64,000 nt of DNA from Octopus bimaculoides (taxonomy: Eukaryota): contig NC_068998.1 of NCBI RefSeq assembly GCF_001194135.2, positions 17,962,631 through 18,026,630 of the forward strand. The letters are read 5' to 3'. The notes under the pieces are model-generated. The model saw only the letters and a list, made by a program, of their open reading frames with translations, did not search any database and had not been told where the DNA came from. Numbering within the stretch: position 1 is the stretch's first letter; each line of letters begins with the position of its first letter. Shown in pieces: positions 62,856 through 64,000 of the stretch. The position numbers and the translations under genes are program-made.

Positions 62856-64000
62856 TCTATCAATCACACTATCTCTCCAGTAAAATTACCAATCAGAAAC
62901 AACTGCTCCTGAAATGGATTATCCTATTAGCATACATGGCTAAGCTGCCTTTGACTTGATTAACAAACTTGCTACCCAAGTTTCAGGTTGACTCAGCAAC
63001 AACAATTGCAGAAACCACAGCAAATATAGTAATCATTGTTAGACAAATTACTGTAATTTCTCTTGTCAAACCACTTTTACGATTATTGACAAACACAATG
63101 GCAACCCAGCCAAATGAAGTACTAAACACTTTGTTTCCTCAAGTGTTGTGAGATCCTCCTCTGCTGCTGCAGGCAGGCATTGTGTTGCAAGATAATTACT
63201 TCTACTTGCTGCTTTTCAAAACCAAAAAAAAAAAGACAAAAAAAAAAACAACAAAACAAAAAGAAAACAGGGAAAAAAAAGTTTAAAAAAAGGCATGTTG
63301 GCTAATTGATTAATTAATTAATTGATAAATCGTCATTACTAGTCTTTATTCAGTACATCTATTGATAATTTGCTCACATATACATGATCTTTCTAGAAAT
63401 GTTTTAAAAGAAGTAGTATCTTGTTAAGTTATTTTTTAACCAAAAAAAGAAGAAAAAAAACCCAAAAACAAAAAGAAAAAAGTTGTTTTTTTTGAAGAAT
63501 TATAATATTTCTTCATAGATGGATTACATCAATAATTGAATGACTTTAATCATGCAAGCTTACAGAACAACTTCTTTTGGTGAAGATTCTTTCTCTCTCT
63601 TCTCTTCTTAGGAAGCTTCCTATTTAGATCATTTACACCTGGTTGATCTTTTAGAAGTTCTTTTTAGTGATATTAATTCAGATTAGGGTCAAGGTTAGTG
63701 CCAACTTGTATTGCACAACATACCTTTCATTGTCCTGTAGAATTCTTGTCTGGGCTTTCCGGTGAGGTTAGCCTTCTACATTGTTAAATAATACACGCAT
63801 TCACACACATACACACAGACAAATCTTATGGTTTCTAGCACTTTTGTCTTTTCCTACAACCATAATCTATAGAAGAGAAAATCTGTTTTGCTCAGTTTGT
63901 CTAATTAGTGTTAAATGATATCATGCTGTATAGATGAATTCTGAATGAAGGTTGTTAGCAACACTCACGGCCAATGAACCCATTTTCTGAAGGTGTTGCC

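Overview
This is AT-rich, microsatellite-dense animal genomic DNA with 12 N-gaps. The SINE repertoire and composition point to an octopus (coleoid cephalopod) draft assembly; that is an inference. Nearly all ORFs in the supplied track are artefacts of microsatellites, N-gaps or decayed repeats. What I can support is as follows. (1) Probably one + strand protein-coding gene with very long introns. Four likely coding exons (9867-10069, 19554-19760, 42933-43189, terminal 62488-62684) encode a Ser/Thr-rich, probably disordered region that I cannot name. (2) Dozens of tRNA-derived SINE copies built from interchangeable modules. My working labels: A = Meta-like, C = CORE+microsatellite, D = (GAT)n-tailed, E, F, G. 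(3) Fossil LINEs: L1/Tx1, RTE and CR1/L2-group. (4) DD37D (maT-type) Tc1/mariner fragments, mariner-like MITEs and a hAT-type MITE. The most interesting items are a CR1/L2-group LINE whose 3' tail is shared with SINE family C (a probable LINE-SINE partner pair), an intronic CpG-rich island at about 39.4-40.1 kb, an unexplained degenerate ~100-bp tandem array at about 28.5-29.0 kb, and an exon-phase mismatch implying a hidden exon. I found no convincing evidence of a wholly new biological system, and no CRISPR, rRNA or genuine tRNA gene. All counts and alignments were done by eye, so repeat boundaries are approximate.
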